Assembly (NCBI GenBank): GCA_007123105.1
Contig: SKNY01000013.1
Location: 1 to 54,465, forward strand
Length of the DNA: 54,465 nt
Source of the DNA: Salinarchaeum sp.
Lineage (GTDB): Archaea; Halobacteriota; Halobacteria; Halobacteriales; SKNY01
Reading direction: 5' to 3'
A program made the translations under genes and the position numbers. A model generated the notes under the pieces. It had not been told where the DNA came from and made no database searches. It saw only the letters and a list, made by a program, of their open reading frames with translations. This document shows positions 9,532 through 19,934 of the stretch, piece after piece. Every line of letters begins with the position of its first letter. The stretch's first letter is position 1.

Positions 9532-11319
9532 ATGAGTGCTGTACGTGCACGCGAGGAGATCGATGAGGCCTACACATGGGACCTCGAGAGCATCTTCGCG
9601 GACGACGACGAATGGGAGACCGCCTTTGCAGACGCTCGGGAGGCCATCGAACAGCTGGCCTCGTACGAGGGAGCCGTTACCGACGATGCAGCGCAGCTGC
9701 GCGAAACCCTCGAGACGTACGAAACGGTGATGCGGGCGGTGTCGACGGTCTATTCCTACGCCCGGATGCGTCGAGACGAAGACACGGCCGACGACCACTA
9801 CCAGGCGCTGACCTCCCGGGCCCAGACCCTGTACAGTCGCGCGAGTGCAGCTGGTAGCTACATCGAACCGGAGATTCAGGACGCCTCCTGGGAGGAATTA
9901 GAGGCACTCATCGAGGCCGATCCAGAGCTCGAAACCTACGAACACTACTTGGAGGACGTTCACCGGATGCGCGAGCATACGCGTTCTGCGGAGGTCGAAT
10001 CCGTGCTTGCCGACCTGGGAGACGTACTCGGCGCCGGCAACGACGTCTACACGATGCTGTCGAACGCGGATATGACGTTCCCGTCAGTCGAACGCGACGG
10101 CGAACCCGTCGAGATCACCCTTGCAAACTTTGTCGAACTCCAACGCGAGCCGGATCGAGCGTTCCGCCAGTCGGTCTATGAGGCGTTCTATGACGAGTGG
10201 GAGACGGTGCGCAACGCCGTCACCGCGAGCTATCACAACTCCGTGAAGACCGACGTCAAGCTCGCCAGGACACGGGGATACGACACTGCCCGTGAGGCTG
10301 CGCTTGACGGGCCGAACATCCCAACGACGGTCTATGACACCTTGGTCGACACGGTCCGCGATCATCTCTCGCTGTTACACCGCCATGTCGAGCTCAAACG
10401 ACAGGTACTCGACGTCGACGAGCTGTGCATGTGGGACGTCTATATGCCTGCAACGACCTCGGAGGGGCCTGACATCTCGTATGACGAGGCCGCAGAACAC
10501 GTCCGACAGGCGGTGGCCCCGCTTGGCGAGGAATACCAAGCACGGCTCGAAACGGGCCTCGAATCCCGGTGGGTCGACGTCTACGAAACGCCCAACAAAC
10601 GATCGGGCGCATACAGTGGCGGTACGTACGACACCCAACCGTTTATCTTGATGAATTATCAGGATACCGTGAACTCGATGTATACCCTTGCCCACGAGTT
10701 CGGCCACTCGTTGCACTCTGAGTTCACGAGCGATCACCAGCCGTACGTGTACAGCAGCTACGAGATCTTCGTCGCGGAGGTCGCGAGCACAGTGAACGAA
10801 GCGTTGCTCACCCATCACTTACTCGAGACTGTCGAGGACGACCACTTCCGGCGTCACGTCCTCAACCAGTATCTGGAGAACTTCCGCTCGACGCTGTTCC
10901 GCCAGACGATGTTTGCGGAGTTCGAACACCGCACGCATGACGCCGTTGAAGCCGGCGAGGCGCTGACGGCCGATGGCCTCGATGAGTTATATCTTGACCT
11001 CAAGGCCGATTTCTACGAGCCGGCCACCGTCGACGACCGGATCGCCCGCGAATGGATGCGGATCCCGCATTTCTACCGGGCCTTCTACGTATATCAGTAC
11101 GCGACCGGAATTAGTGCGGCCGTCGCGATTGCCAATCGCATCATCGAAGAGGGTGAATCCGCGGCAGCAGACTATCTCGCGTTCTTGCAGCGCGGCTCGC
11201 GGAAGTATCCCCTCGAGCTACTCGAGGCGGCTGGGGTCGATATGCGGACGGCCGCTCCAATCGAGGACGCGATGTCGGTCTACGATGAATACCTCGACGA
11301 GATGGCGTCGTTGATCTAG
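9532..11319 (+). CDS. pepF: Oligoendopeptidase F (peptidase M3B)
   Basis: WDLESIF, KRSGAYS, HEFGH zinc motif, FVAEVAS, HFY..FYVYQYATG. Confidence 0.95.
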   Translation: MSAVRAREEIDEAYTWDLESIFADDDEWETAFADAREAIEQLASYEGAVTDDAAQLRETLETYETVMRAVSTVYSYARMRRDEDTADDHYQALTSRAQTLYSRASAAGSYIEPEIQDASWEELEALIEADPELETYEHYLEDVHRMREHTRSAEVESVLADLGDVLGAGNDVYTMLSNADMTFPSVERDGEPVEITLANFVELQREPDRAFRQSVYEAFYDEWETVRNAVTASYHNSVKTDVKLARTRGYDTAREAALDGPNIPTTVYDTLVDTVRDHLSLLHRHVELKRQVLDVDELCMWDVYMPATTSEGPDISYDEAAEHVRQAVAPLGEEYQARLETGLESRWVDVYETPNKRSGAYSGGTYDTQPFILMNYQDTVNSMYTLAHEFGHSLHSEFTSDHQPYVYSSYEIFVAEVASTVNEALLTHHLLETVEDDHFRRHVLNQYLENFRSTLFRQTMFAEFEHRTHDAVEAGEALTADGLDELYLDLKADFYEPATVDDRIAREWMRIPHFYRAFYVYQYATGISAAVAIANRIIEEGESAAADYLAFLQRGSRKYPLELLEAAGVDMRTAAPIEDAMSVYDEYLDEMASLI

Positions 11320-11906
11320 CCGAACAGCGTTCCTTTCCACTTCGTCGAACAGCCCATCGGCGAGATGGTATCGATTGGGTACGACTCGCCGGCCAGAATC
11401 GCATCGATTGCATCCCTGACGTACTGTTCGCTGACGTCCTCTCCCTCGCGATCGTCGTCGATTGCGCCCTGGTAGACCAGTGACCGATTCTGGTCGAAGA
11501 CGAATGCGTGGGGCGTACACTGGGCCCCATACGCCTTGGCCACCTCCTGGGATTCGTCGCGGAGGTACGGGAAGTTAAACTCCTCCTCGGCGGCTCGAGC
11601 GTTCATATGTTCGATCGAATCGGTGGGGTAGTACTCGTTTCCACCGGCATGTTCTTCGATCGCGTTGTTGGCATTAATCGCAACGAGATCGACATCCGCG
11701 TACTCCGCCTGGATTCCTTTGATTCGCTCCTGATACGCGATTGCCGTCGGACAATGATTGCAGGTGAACACGACGACGAGGGCGTCGGCGTCGAAATCTG
11801 CGAGCGAATATTGCTGTTGATCGAGCGTCGCAAAGCCTCGACCGGTGACGCCGGGCAAGGAGAAGTACGGAGCGCGGTCTCCGATCGCGATGGGATCGAC
11901 TTGCAT
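11316..11906 (-). CDS. Thioredoxin-fold redoxin (AhpC/TSA-like)
   Basis: FTCNHCP CxxC motif, FPYL.DESQEVAKAYGAQCTP, GCSTKW. Confidence 0.85.
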   Translation of the reverse strand: MQVDPIAIGDRAPYFSLPGVTGRGFATLDQQQYSLADFDADALVVVFTCNHCPTAIAYQERIKGIQAEYADVDLVAINANNAIEEHAGGNEYYPTDSIEHMNARAAEEEFNFPYLRDESQEVAKAYGAQCTPHAFVFDQNRSLVYQGAIDDDREGEDVSEQYVRDAIDAILAGESYPIDTISPMGCSTKWKGTLFG

Positions 11907-11998
11907 ACCCTTGCTGTCCGCGCCAGGTAGAAAGAGCTGGGGATTCCGGGGACGAATCCAAAGGCCCATTTGAATTGCGGCCAAAGTGTTCGATAAGA

Positions 11999-13219
11999 AT
12001 GGCGGAGGGCCCAACGATCCCGGATGGTCCGCACTTGGATGTAGATCCGAACTCCTCGCCGGACGAACAGCTCACGGCATTGCGGGATCACCTGATCGAG
12101 CTCACCGACATCAACAACGAACTCGAGGACAAGCTCGATCGAGCCCGATCGATTCAGGCGAAACTCCACGAGGCCGTCGACCGGTACGAACGGGAAAACG
12201 TGCTGCTCAAAGCGGCGCCGACGTACCTCGCAACGATAGAAGACGTGTTCGACGACGAGGCCGTCGTCCGCCAACACGGCACGAACCAGGAGGTACTCGT
12301 CGATCTGCCACCCCAGTTCAGCGACGTCGACCCCGCCACGCGGATCGCCGTGAACGATTCTTTCGGCATCGAATCGATCCTCACCGACGAGACCGATGCA
12401 CGCGCACAAGCGATGGAGGTTGACGACGCACCGAACGTCAGCTACGCGGACGTCGGCGGGTTGGAGGATCAGATCCGTGAAGTACGTGAAACCGTCGAGC
12501 TCCCGCTCGCGGAGCCCGAACGCTTCGAGATCCTTGGCATCGATCCCCCGAGTGGCGTTCTCCTCCACGGTCCTCCGGGCACCGGGAAGACCATGTTGGC
12601 AAAGGCCGTTGCCAATGAGACCGATTCGACGTTCATCCGCATGGCCGGTTCGGAGCTGGTCCAGAAGTTTATCGGCGAGGGCTCGCGGCTGGTCCGGGAT
12701 CTGTTCGAACTCGCGGAGGAACGATCCCCTGCCGTCGTCTTTATCGACGAGATCGACGCAATCGCAACCACGCGCACGGACTCGAAGACCGCCGGGGACG
12801 CCGAAGTGCAGCGGACGATGATGCAGTTGCTCTCCGAGATGGACGGGTTTACTGCCCGCCCAGACGTCCGGATCATTGGTGCCACCAACCGTTTTGACAT
12901 GCTCGATCGGGCGCTGCTTCGCCCGGGCCGGTTCGACCGGATTATCGAGGTCCCGTACCCGGACGTCGACGGTCGCGAAGCCATCCTACAGATCCACACC
13001 CGATCCATCACACTGGACGACGATGTCGACCTTGCGATCCTCGCTGACGACCTTTCGGAGGTCTCGGGCGCAGATGTGAAAGCGATCTGTACGGAGGCAG
13101 GGATGATGGCCATTCGCGACGATCGGACCGTCGTGACGATGGCCGACTTCCGAGACGCCGTCGAAAAGGTTCTTGAGGGCGACGGTCCCGGGCGCCCGGT
13201 CACGAATTACATCTATTAA
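11999..13219 (+). CDS. pan: Proteasome-activating nucleotidase (PanB-like)
   Basis: N-terminal coiled coil, Walker A GPPGTGKT, Walker B FIDEID, LRPGRFDR; C-terminus NYIY. Confidence 0.93.
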   Translation: MAEGPTIPDGPHLDVDPNSSPDEQLTALRDHLIELTDINNELEDKLDRARSIQAKLHEAVDRYERENVLLKAAPTYLATIEDVFDDEAVVRQHGTNQEVLVDLPPQFSDVDPATRIAVNDSFGIESILTDETDARAQAMEVDDAPNVSYADVGGLEDQIREVRETVELPLAEPERFEILGIDPPSGVLLHGPPGTGKTMLAKAVANETDSTFIRMAGSELVQKFIGEGSRLVRDLFELAEERSPAVVFIDEIDAIATTRTDSKTAGDAEVQRTMMQLLSEMDGFTARPDVRIIGATNRFDMLDRALLRPGRFDRIIEVPYPDVDGREAILQIHTRSITLDDDVDLAILADDLSEVSGADVKAICTEAGMMAIRDDRTVVTMADFRDAVEKVLEGDGPGRPVTNYIY

Positions 13220-13264
13220 CCGGCATCACCAGGTTCTTCGCCGGTGGGTGGTCAGCCTTCGTCC

Positions 13265-14329
13265 ATGTTGAGTCATACGGCAGCAGTCATCGGGGCCGGC
13301 AGTCCACCCGATGCAGATCAGCCGGGGTTTTCGATCGGTTACGCCCATGGAGCGGGCTATACCGAACTGGATGACGTCGACCTCGTCGCGGTCGCCGACC
13401 GGGTGCCTGAGTTTGCAGCCAGGTTCGCCGATCGCTTCGGGATCCCTACGAATCGAACCTACACGGACCACGTAACGCTCATCGAGGACGTCCGTCCAGA
13501 CATCGTAAGCGTCTGTACGCCACCCGAGACCCATCGCGACTTGGTTGTGTCCTGTGCGCGCGCCGGCGTACCCGCGATTCACTGTGAAAAGCCGATGGCG
13601 CTTAGGTGGGATGATTGTCAAACCATGGTCACTGAATGTACCCGCCACGACGTGCAGCTCACGATCAACCACCAACGCCGATTCGTCCCGCGCTGGCGAA
13701 CACCCGCGGATCTCGTCCAGGACGGCGCGATCGGCACGGTCCGTCGCATCGAGCTGGCTGCTCCCGATCTGCTGGACTGGGGGACCCACTGTTTCGATTT
13801 AAGTGGCTGGTATGCCGGGGACGTCCCCGCAACGTGGACGTTCGGACAGATCGGACCTGCCGTCATGGATCGTTACGGCGGGGCGTACGAGCACGCAAAC
13901 GAGACGGGCGCGCTCGCGACCTGGGCATACGAGAACGGCATCCGGGGATTGGCGGCCACCGGCGAGTATACCGGTCTGGTCGGCGGTGACGTCTATCATC
14001 GGATCATCGGAACCGACGGTCGGATCGAGATCGACGGTCACGGGGACGTCACGCTCATTCGCACCGGTGGCGCTCCGGAGACGATTGGACTCGAACAGGC
14101 TCAGAACGGGTTTGCTGGTGCGATCGCGGATGCCATTGCCGCGCTCGAATCTGCCCGTGAGCCGGCATTGGCGGGCCATCGGGCATTACATGCGACCGAA
14201 CTCATTTTCGGCATCTGGGAATCGGCCCGCCGCCGCGACCGTGTTGGCTTCCCGCTCGAGATCAGCGGAAACCCACTCGAGGACATGATCGAATCGGGCA
14301 CGCTTCCCGTCCGATCCGGGTCGTCGTAG
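13265..14329 (+). CDS. Gfo/Idh/MocA family oxidoreductase
   Basis: Rossmann VIGAG, CEKPMA, NHQRRF, LLDWGTH. Confidence 0.9.
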   Translation: MLSHTAAVIGAGSPPDADQPGFSIGYAHGAGYTELDDVDLVAVADRVPEFAARFADRFGIPTNRTYTDHVTLIEDVRPDIVSVCTPPETHRDLVVSCARAGVPAIHCEKPMALRWDDCQTMVTECTRHDVQLTINHQRRFVPRWRTPADLVQDGAIGTVRRIELAAPDLLDWGTHCFDLSGWYAGDVPATWTFGQIGPAVMDRYGGAYEHANETGALATWAYENGIRGLAATGEYTGLVGGDVYHRIIGTDGRIEIDGHGDVTLIRTGGAPETIGLEQAQNGFAGAIADAIAALESAREPALAGHRALHATELIFGIWESARRRDRVGFPLEISGNPLEDMIESGTLPVRSGSS

Positions 14330-16117
14330 CTACTTTCCCCAGAAGGGATCCTCGGTTCGTTTGTGCTCAAGGTACATCTGGAGGGCGTCGCGTTCGTCCG
14401 GTGGGATCTCTTCGAACAACTCCTGTTCGAGCACCTTCGCGTGCGTCTCCGGCAGGTCGATCCAGAGCGTATCTCCTTCGTCGATCTGGCGTCCCACGGT
14501 CGGTCCGTCGATGGCGACGCTCACTTGCTCGCCGGCGCGTGCCTCATCTACGTCTTCGCCCGCACTCTGGATCCCTTTCAGCATCCCGACGACCCGGTCC
14601 TCGCCACCGTCTAAGTCGACCACGGGGACGTTTCGACGAATCGTCCCGTCAAGGATCTCTACGCCAACGACGGCCGGATCGTTCTGGCGGAACACGTGAT
14701 CGACGAGGATCGTGAACCTGGCCGGTCGAATGACGTTTTCGAGTACCGACTCCTGCTGGGCGGCGTCGATCTCTTCGACGTACGCTTCGTACTCTTCAAC
14801 CAGCCGATAGATCACGTCGTGGGTAAATACTTCGACGTTGGCGTCATCGGCATCTTGTTCTGCATCCCCGCGCATCGAGACGTTAAACCCGAGGATCACG
14901 CGATGGCGCGGATCATCCACGGTACTCGCAATGCTGACGTCCCGGCGGGCGATGTTGCCGACGTCTGCCCTGAGGATCGGGATCTCCAGTTCGTCGAGCG
15001 CGTTGGCCATCGCCTCGAGACTACCGAGGGTGTCTGCTTTTACCACGACCCCTTCGTCGTCGGTCTCTACGTCGAATTCGGCCAGCGCTGCATTCACTTC
15101 CTCGATCACCGTGGCACGGTCACGGTTGCGCAGCACCCGCACCGGAGCACCGGCGATTGCGTCCGCGAGGTCTGCCGCCGCAATCTTTACCCCGGCAGCC
15201 GCGGCAACCTCCGTGACCGTTTCGAACGCCCGTTCTGCCCGGAATTCCGTCAGCTCCCTGGGCTTGAGCAGCGCCCGGACCTCGGCGACGATTGGTTCGC
15301 CGGCGGTCCCGACGACGATGGTGTCCCCCTCACGAATCGTCCCGTCGTACATCACGGCGTCGATGGTCGTCCCGAAGCCGCGTTCGTCGGTGACCTCGAG
15401 GACGGTTCCAGCCCCCGGGCCGCTGACGTCCACTGCCATCGCTTCTCGCATGTATCGCTGTGAGAGCCCCATCAACACAGCGAGGAGGTCAGGGACGCCC
15501 TCCCCCGTTTCGGCGCTGACCGGAACGACGCCGATCGTTTGCCGGAAATCCTGGAGTCGCCAGTACAGGTCGGCGGGAAACCCTTCGTCGCTTAGTTCAC
15601 CGATGAGCTCGTACAGTGCTTCGTCGAGAAACTGACGGGTACGATCGCTTTGCCCTTCGTAGGTTTCCTGAATGGGGGCGTTCTCCTCAGCCCGCCATCC
15701 GGCGACCGTGTCGATCTTGTTTGCAGCGACCACGAACGGCGTCTCGGTTCGACGGAGAATCTCGAGGGCCTCGAGCGTCTGGGGCTGGCATCCGTCATTT
15801 ACGTCGACGACAAGGATTGCGATGTCTGCCAACGACCCCCCACGGGCTCGCAGGGTACTGAACGAGTGGTGGCCCGGCGTGTCGATGAACAACAATCCCG
15901 GGAGGTCGAACTCATCGGGCGTGACCAGGTCACCCGCGACATCGGAAACGGTCCCCAGAGGGACCTCGGTCGCCCCGATGTGCTGGGTGATCGCGCCGGC
16001 CTCGCCTTCGATCACTGCCGATCCCCGGATCCGATCGAGTAAACTCGTCTTCCCGTGATCGACGTGTCCGAGTACGGCCACGATCGGTGTCCGTAGCTGG
16101 TAGTTCTGCTCCGACAT
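14330..16117 (-). CDS. infB: Translation initiation factor aIF5B (IF2)
   Basis: GHVDHGKT, ITQHIGA, DTPGH, NKID; C-terminus PFWGK. Confidence 0.97.
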   Translation of the reverse strand: MSEQNYQLRTPIVAVLGHVDHGKTSLLDRIRGSAVIEGEAGAITQHIGATEVPLGTVSDVAGDLVTPDEFDLPGLLFIDTPGHHSFSTLRARGGSLADIAILVVDVNDGCQPQTLEALEILRRTETPFVVAANKIDTVAGWRAEENAPIQETYEGQSDRTRQFLDEALYELIGELSDEGFPADLYWRLQDFRQTIGVVPVSAETGEGVPDLLAVLMGLSQRYMREAMAVDVSGPGAGTVLEVTDERGFGTTIDAVMYDGTIREGDTIVVGTAGEPIVAEVRALLKPRELTEFRAERAFETVTEVAAAAGVKIAAADLADAIAGAPVRVLRNRDRATVIEEVNAALAEFDVETDDEGVVVKADTLGSLEAMANALDELEIPILRADVGNIARRDVSIASTVDDPRHRVILGFNVSMRGDAEQDADDANVEVFTHDVIYRLVEEYEAYVEEIDAAQQESVLENVIRPARFTILVDHVFRQNDPAVVGVEILDGTIRRNVPVVDLDGGEDRVVGMLKGIQSAGEDVDEARAGEQVSVAIDGPTVGRQIDEGDTLWIDLPETHAKVLEQELFEEIPPDERDALQMYLEHKRTEDPFWGK

Positions 16118-16206
16118 ATCCTCTTCTCACAAGCCGCGGTTACTGCACTGCAACGCTGCGGTGCAGTTAAGTGCATCGCGTCGCCCCGCCGGGGCCGAAC
16201 GGTCGG

Positions 16207-16500
16207 TTAGGCGACGTTGAATCCTTTTTCCCGGAGAAAATCCTCGATCCGGCCGATGTGGTTTCCCTGGAGTTCGATCGTGTCGTCCTCGACCGTCCCA
16301 CCACAGGCAAACTTCGATTTCAAATCCGATGACAACCCGGACATATCGACGTCTCGTGGATCGAACCCTTCGATGACAGTAACCTCTTTGCCATAGCGAC
16401 GCTCGTCGATGCGGACCGTGATCTGTTGAGATTCCCTGGCTACGTCCTCGCAGACGCAGAGTTCACCGGGGAGCCCGCACGTCGAGCATACTTCCGACAT
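16207..16500 (-). CDS. SUI1-family translation initiation factor aIF1 (YciH)
   Basis: [35 protein letters not shown]. Confidence 0.95.
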   Translation of the reverse strand: MSEVCSTCGLPGELCVCEDVARESQQITVRIDERRYGKEVTVIEGFDPRDVDMSGLSSDLKSKFACGGTVEDDTIELQGNHIGRIEDFLREKGFNVA

Positions 16501-16551
16501 TACACCGAACGCGTACGCCGGGGTCCTATTAAATACTGTCGGGGGACCGGC

Positions 16552-18903
16552 TCACCGACCGAACGGAAGCGCCCGCCCCGCGTGTTCGTCGGCGATCGTC
16601 ACGATCGTCGCTGCCTCCCATTCAGGTACCGATTCATCGGCGTAGCGGGCGATTTCGTACGCGTCGACGACCATATCCATCCGATCGTCGATAGCGTGTG
16701 ACGTTGACAGCCGATCGACGTAACCGCGTACCGACTCACCGGGGCGGCGCGCCTCGAACTCCTCTTCGAGCGCGCCCTCGATGCGATCCCACGCCCGGAT
16801 GACCGCGTCGTCGGTCGTCTTCTGGCGCCCTTGCCAGCGCAGATTTGCCGTACGGCGCACCCGACGAGGTAGATCACCGTGTCGGATACTCGCGACGCCG
16901 CCGATGATGAGGGCAAACAGCAGTGCCAGGTGTTCGACCGGCGGCAGCGTCGGTTCATCCTCTGTGTCGGTGTCGTCGCTCACGTTGGCGGCATCAATCC
17001 CTTCGAAGGTGAAGTCCGCCTGGTCGCGCGCGTCACCGGGTGCGGGTCCTCCGGGGTTGATTCCGTGCATCTGCTCGATCTGCTCTTCGTCACAGAGACC
17101 GAGCACCTCGTCCTCGCCGAGGATGCCCCGTGTGTACACGGTTGGATCGTCACATACGAACTCGTCTCCACGGTCCGCTGATCCCGGCTGCACTGGACCC
17201 TCTGTTGCATTATCCGGCGCATCGTCGATGTCCGGCAGGTCGTCGGCGTCCAGGTCCATGTCGTCGTCAGTGTCTGTCGCGTCGGTGTCGACGCGCTCAG
17301 CGCCGGCGGACCGGGCCTCCGATAAGCGTTCTTGTCGGGCCTCGTTGTACGCATCACTCGGTGTCGGATCAAAGGAGACCCACCCGACCTCCGGGAAGTA
17401 GACTTCCACCCAGGCGTGGGCGTTCATTCCGCGGACCACGTAGCTGTTCTCATCGACAGCCTCGCCGGTGGAATACCCGGTCACCATTCGCGCAGGAATG
17501 TCCTGGGTTCGCAACATAACCGCCATCGTCGTCGCAAAGTACGTGCAGTATCCGGCATCCCGCTCGAACAGTTGGGCGTCAGCGATATCACCCGACGGTG
17601 GATCAACCGAGAGGTTGTACTCATTTGTCTCCATGATGTAGTGTTCGATCCGTTGGGCCGCCTCGTACGGTGATTCGGCCGGTTCTACGATCTGATCGGT
17701 CAGCGCTGTAACGCGCTCTGGTGTCGTTTCCGGGAGTTGGGTGTATCGCTCCTCGATGTGGCTCGGGTACTCAGTTCCGGCGGCGCTCAGATTAGTAGAT
17801 GGGTCCGGTCGGGCCGACTCGACGATGTAGGCGTCCCCCTCGGCAAGGGGGGCAGCCGCGGAGAGGCCATCGGCGGGCGACTGGTCGATCCCGGCGACGC
17901 CGCTCACATCGGTTGCAGCCCAGTGGGCCGGCATCGCTTGCACGCCGTCGAATTCGACGTTCACGCCAATCTGTTCGTACACGGCATTCGGGGGCTCCTC
18001 GGCGCCGGTGAAGTCACTGTCCTCGCCGGATTGGATCCAGCCATCGCCAGTGTAGCGGTCGTAGGCATCGACACGCCAGTTCTCGCCCTCCTCGGCCTCG
18101 ATCGTGAAGCGGACCGTCGGGTCGAGCGACGGCTGGCCCGTCACCCGGACCTGTCCATCACCTCGAAGTAGTGCATCTTCGGTTGAGACGCCGGCCAGGC
18201 CTTCCGGGTGCGGATTGATGGGCGCGGCACCGCCACCCGGAATGACTGAGACGCTCAAACTCGTGATTAACATGAGCGCAAACAGGATCGCGAGGAGATC
18301 GATCTCGCCAATCGACGCCCCCTGCCGGGCTAGCTCGCCGAACCCTACCGTCCCGGCAGCGCCGAGCACGCCGAGCAGGGTTAGCATCGTCCCCGCGTCT
18401 CCTGTCAATACGAAGAACAGCAATGCCGCGAGACCGACGCCGGCGCTTGCCGCATACCGCGCCCGAACGGCCAAGTACCACGAGAGAAACACCGGCCAGG
18501 GGGCGACCGAAATCGCCCATAGATCCACGGCAACGATGGTCAGAATCGAATACCCGGTCATGAGCGCGAGTGTATTCCGGAGCAAGCCTTCGGCGGACAT
18601 GAGCAGCGCCCACGCCCCAGCGACGTTCATGGCGTAATACCCCATCCCGACGGTGAATCCAACTGCAGCGATGATGCCCGCGGTTCGAACGTCCGTTAAT
18701 CCGGCCAGCAAGACGGCAAGCACGCCGGCCAACACCACGACTACCAGTAATCGATCGGTCGTTCCGACGGTCGCGGTCGCGGTCCGAAAGACCTGCAGGT
18801 ATGCCAAGGTCAATCCCAGCAACGAGACGAATGCGCCGATCCGCATCGGATCGACGAGGGTTTCGACCGATTCCCACCCGACGGACGATTCTTGGACGCT
18901 CAT
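16552..18903 (-). CDS. Membrane transglutaminase-like protein (TgpA type)
   Basis: N-terminal TM block; catalytic triad in GYCTYFA, AHAWVEV, FDPT; C-terminal TM plus DUF4129-like tail. Confidence 0.88.
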   Translation of the reverse strand: MSVQESSVGWESVETLVDPMRIGAFVSLLGLTLAYLQVFRTATATVGTTDRLLVVVVLAGVLAVLLAGLTDVRTAGIIAAVGFTVGMGYYAMNVAGAWALLMSAEGLLRNTLALMTGYSILTIVAVDLWAISVAPWPVFLSWYLAVRARYAASAGVGLAALLFFVLTGDAGTMLTLLGVLGAAGTVGFGELARQGASIGEIDLLAILFALMLITSLSVSVIPGGGAAPINPHPEGLAGVSTEDALLRGDGQVRVTGQPSLDPTVRFTIEAEEGENWRVDAYDRYTGDGWIQSGEDSDFTGAEEPPNAVYEQIGVNVEFDGVQAMPAHWAATDVSGVAGIDQSPADGLSAAAPLAEGDAYIVESARPDPSTNLSAAGTEYPSHIEERYTQLPETTPERVTALTDQIVEPAESPYEAAQRIEHYIMETNEYNLSVDPPSGDIADAQLFERDAGYCTYFATTMAVMLRTQDIPARMVTGYSTGEAVDENSYVVRGMNAHAWVEVYFPEVGWVSFDPTPSDAYNEARQERLSEARSAGAERVDTDATDTDDDMDLDADDLPDIDDAPDNATEGPVQPGSADRGDEFVCDDPTVYTRGILGEDEVLGLCDEEQIEQMHGINPGGPAPGDARDQADFTFEGIDAANVSDDTDTEDEPTLPPVEHLALLFALIIGGVASIRHGDLPRRVRRTANLRWQGRQKTTDDAVIRAWDRIEGALEEEFEARRPGESVRGYVDRLSTSHAIDDRMDMVVDAYEIARYADESVPEWEAATIVTIADEHAGRALPFGR

Positions 18904-19934
18904 GATGCGGTACCTCCGTCGGTGACGATGGGTGCTGTCGCACTCGCTGTAGATTCGGGCTGACCGGATCGCAGCTCCTCATACCGACGCCACGTTCCAC
19001 CGATTCTGACCTGCACGGCCGCATCGTCAGCAGCTCCCCGCACGACGATCGAAGACTCGTCGCTGACGTGCTGGGGAAGTCGGCCTCCGGATGTTCGGGC
19101 CAGCGCGGCCAAAATTTCCATCCAGTGGGTGCTCCCGGAACCCACGTCGACGTCCCGGTTCGGAAGTGTCAGTCCGACCTCCATGCCTCGTTTGAGTAAC
19201 GCCACCGCGATGCTCCCGCAGGCGCTCGCCATCTCGTCGACCCGCTCGGAATCGGCCGATCCGGCGATCCGAATGTCGCCGGCGTCTCGATTCGAGATGA
19301 ACTGTTTGACGACGAGGTCCTCCCCCGGTCGTTTCGCACTGCTTTTCCAATGGATATCCCGGATCGCGTCGCCCCGATGATACTCGCGAAGGTTGTCGAA
19401 CTCGTACCGTTCGCGTTGGGGGGCCCCCCGGGGAAGCAACGCCGGATCCGACTTCAATCCAGGAAGCTCCTCGATGGCTGGGTAGGTCACGAGTTCGACC
19501 CGAGCATCAACCGCATGTTCTGCAGTAAAAAGCCCGAATGGATCACGGATTTCGATCACCACAGGGCCAATCTCGTGGACGCCCCGTCGTGTCGGTCGGA
19601 TCCGATAGTCGACCGCACCTGCCCGGGCATACGCGCCGGCCTCCTCGACCGGTTCGACGGCCGCAGGGAGTTCGTCGGTAACGAACACCGTCGCCGATCG
19701 TCCGACGTCGATCTCCATGTGCACGGTATGCACCTCGTCCGGGAAGCCGGGCTCTGGAACCTCGCGTCGCACCGATGGTTCGGAACTCGTCCCGACAATG
19801 ACCAATCCTGCGAGGAGGACGACGACTGCTGGCAGCACGACGGCGTTCATCGCTTGGATTCCGAACGTTGCTGCCCAGAGGAAGCCGACGACGGTGACGC
19901 CGGCCACGATTCGTCCTCGTTGGGTGAGCTTCAT
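18900..19934 (-). CDS. DUF58 family protein
   Basis: DPFGL, EFDNLREYHRGD.IRDIHWKSSAK; coupled to moxR. Confidence 0.9.
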   Translation of the reverse strand: MKLTQRGRIVAGVTVVGFLWAATFGIQAMNAVVLPAVVVLLAGLVIVGTSSEPSVRREVPEPGFPDEVHTVHMEIDVGRSATVFVTDELPAAVEPVEEAGAYARAGAVDYRIRPTRRGVHEIGPVVIEIRDPFGLFTAEHAVDARVELVTYPAIEELPGLKSDPALLPRGAPQRERYEFDNLREYHRGDAIRDIHWKSSAKRPGEDLVVKQFISNRDAGDIRIAGSADSERVDEMASACGSIAVALLKRGMEVGLTLPNRDVDVGSGSTHWMEILAALARTSGGRLPQHVSDESSIVVRGAADDAAVQVRIGGTWRRYEELRSGQPESTASATAPIVTDGGTAS

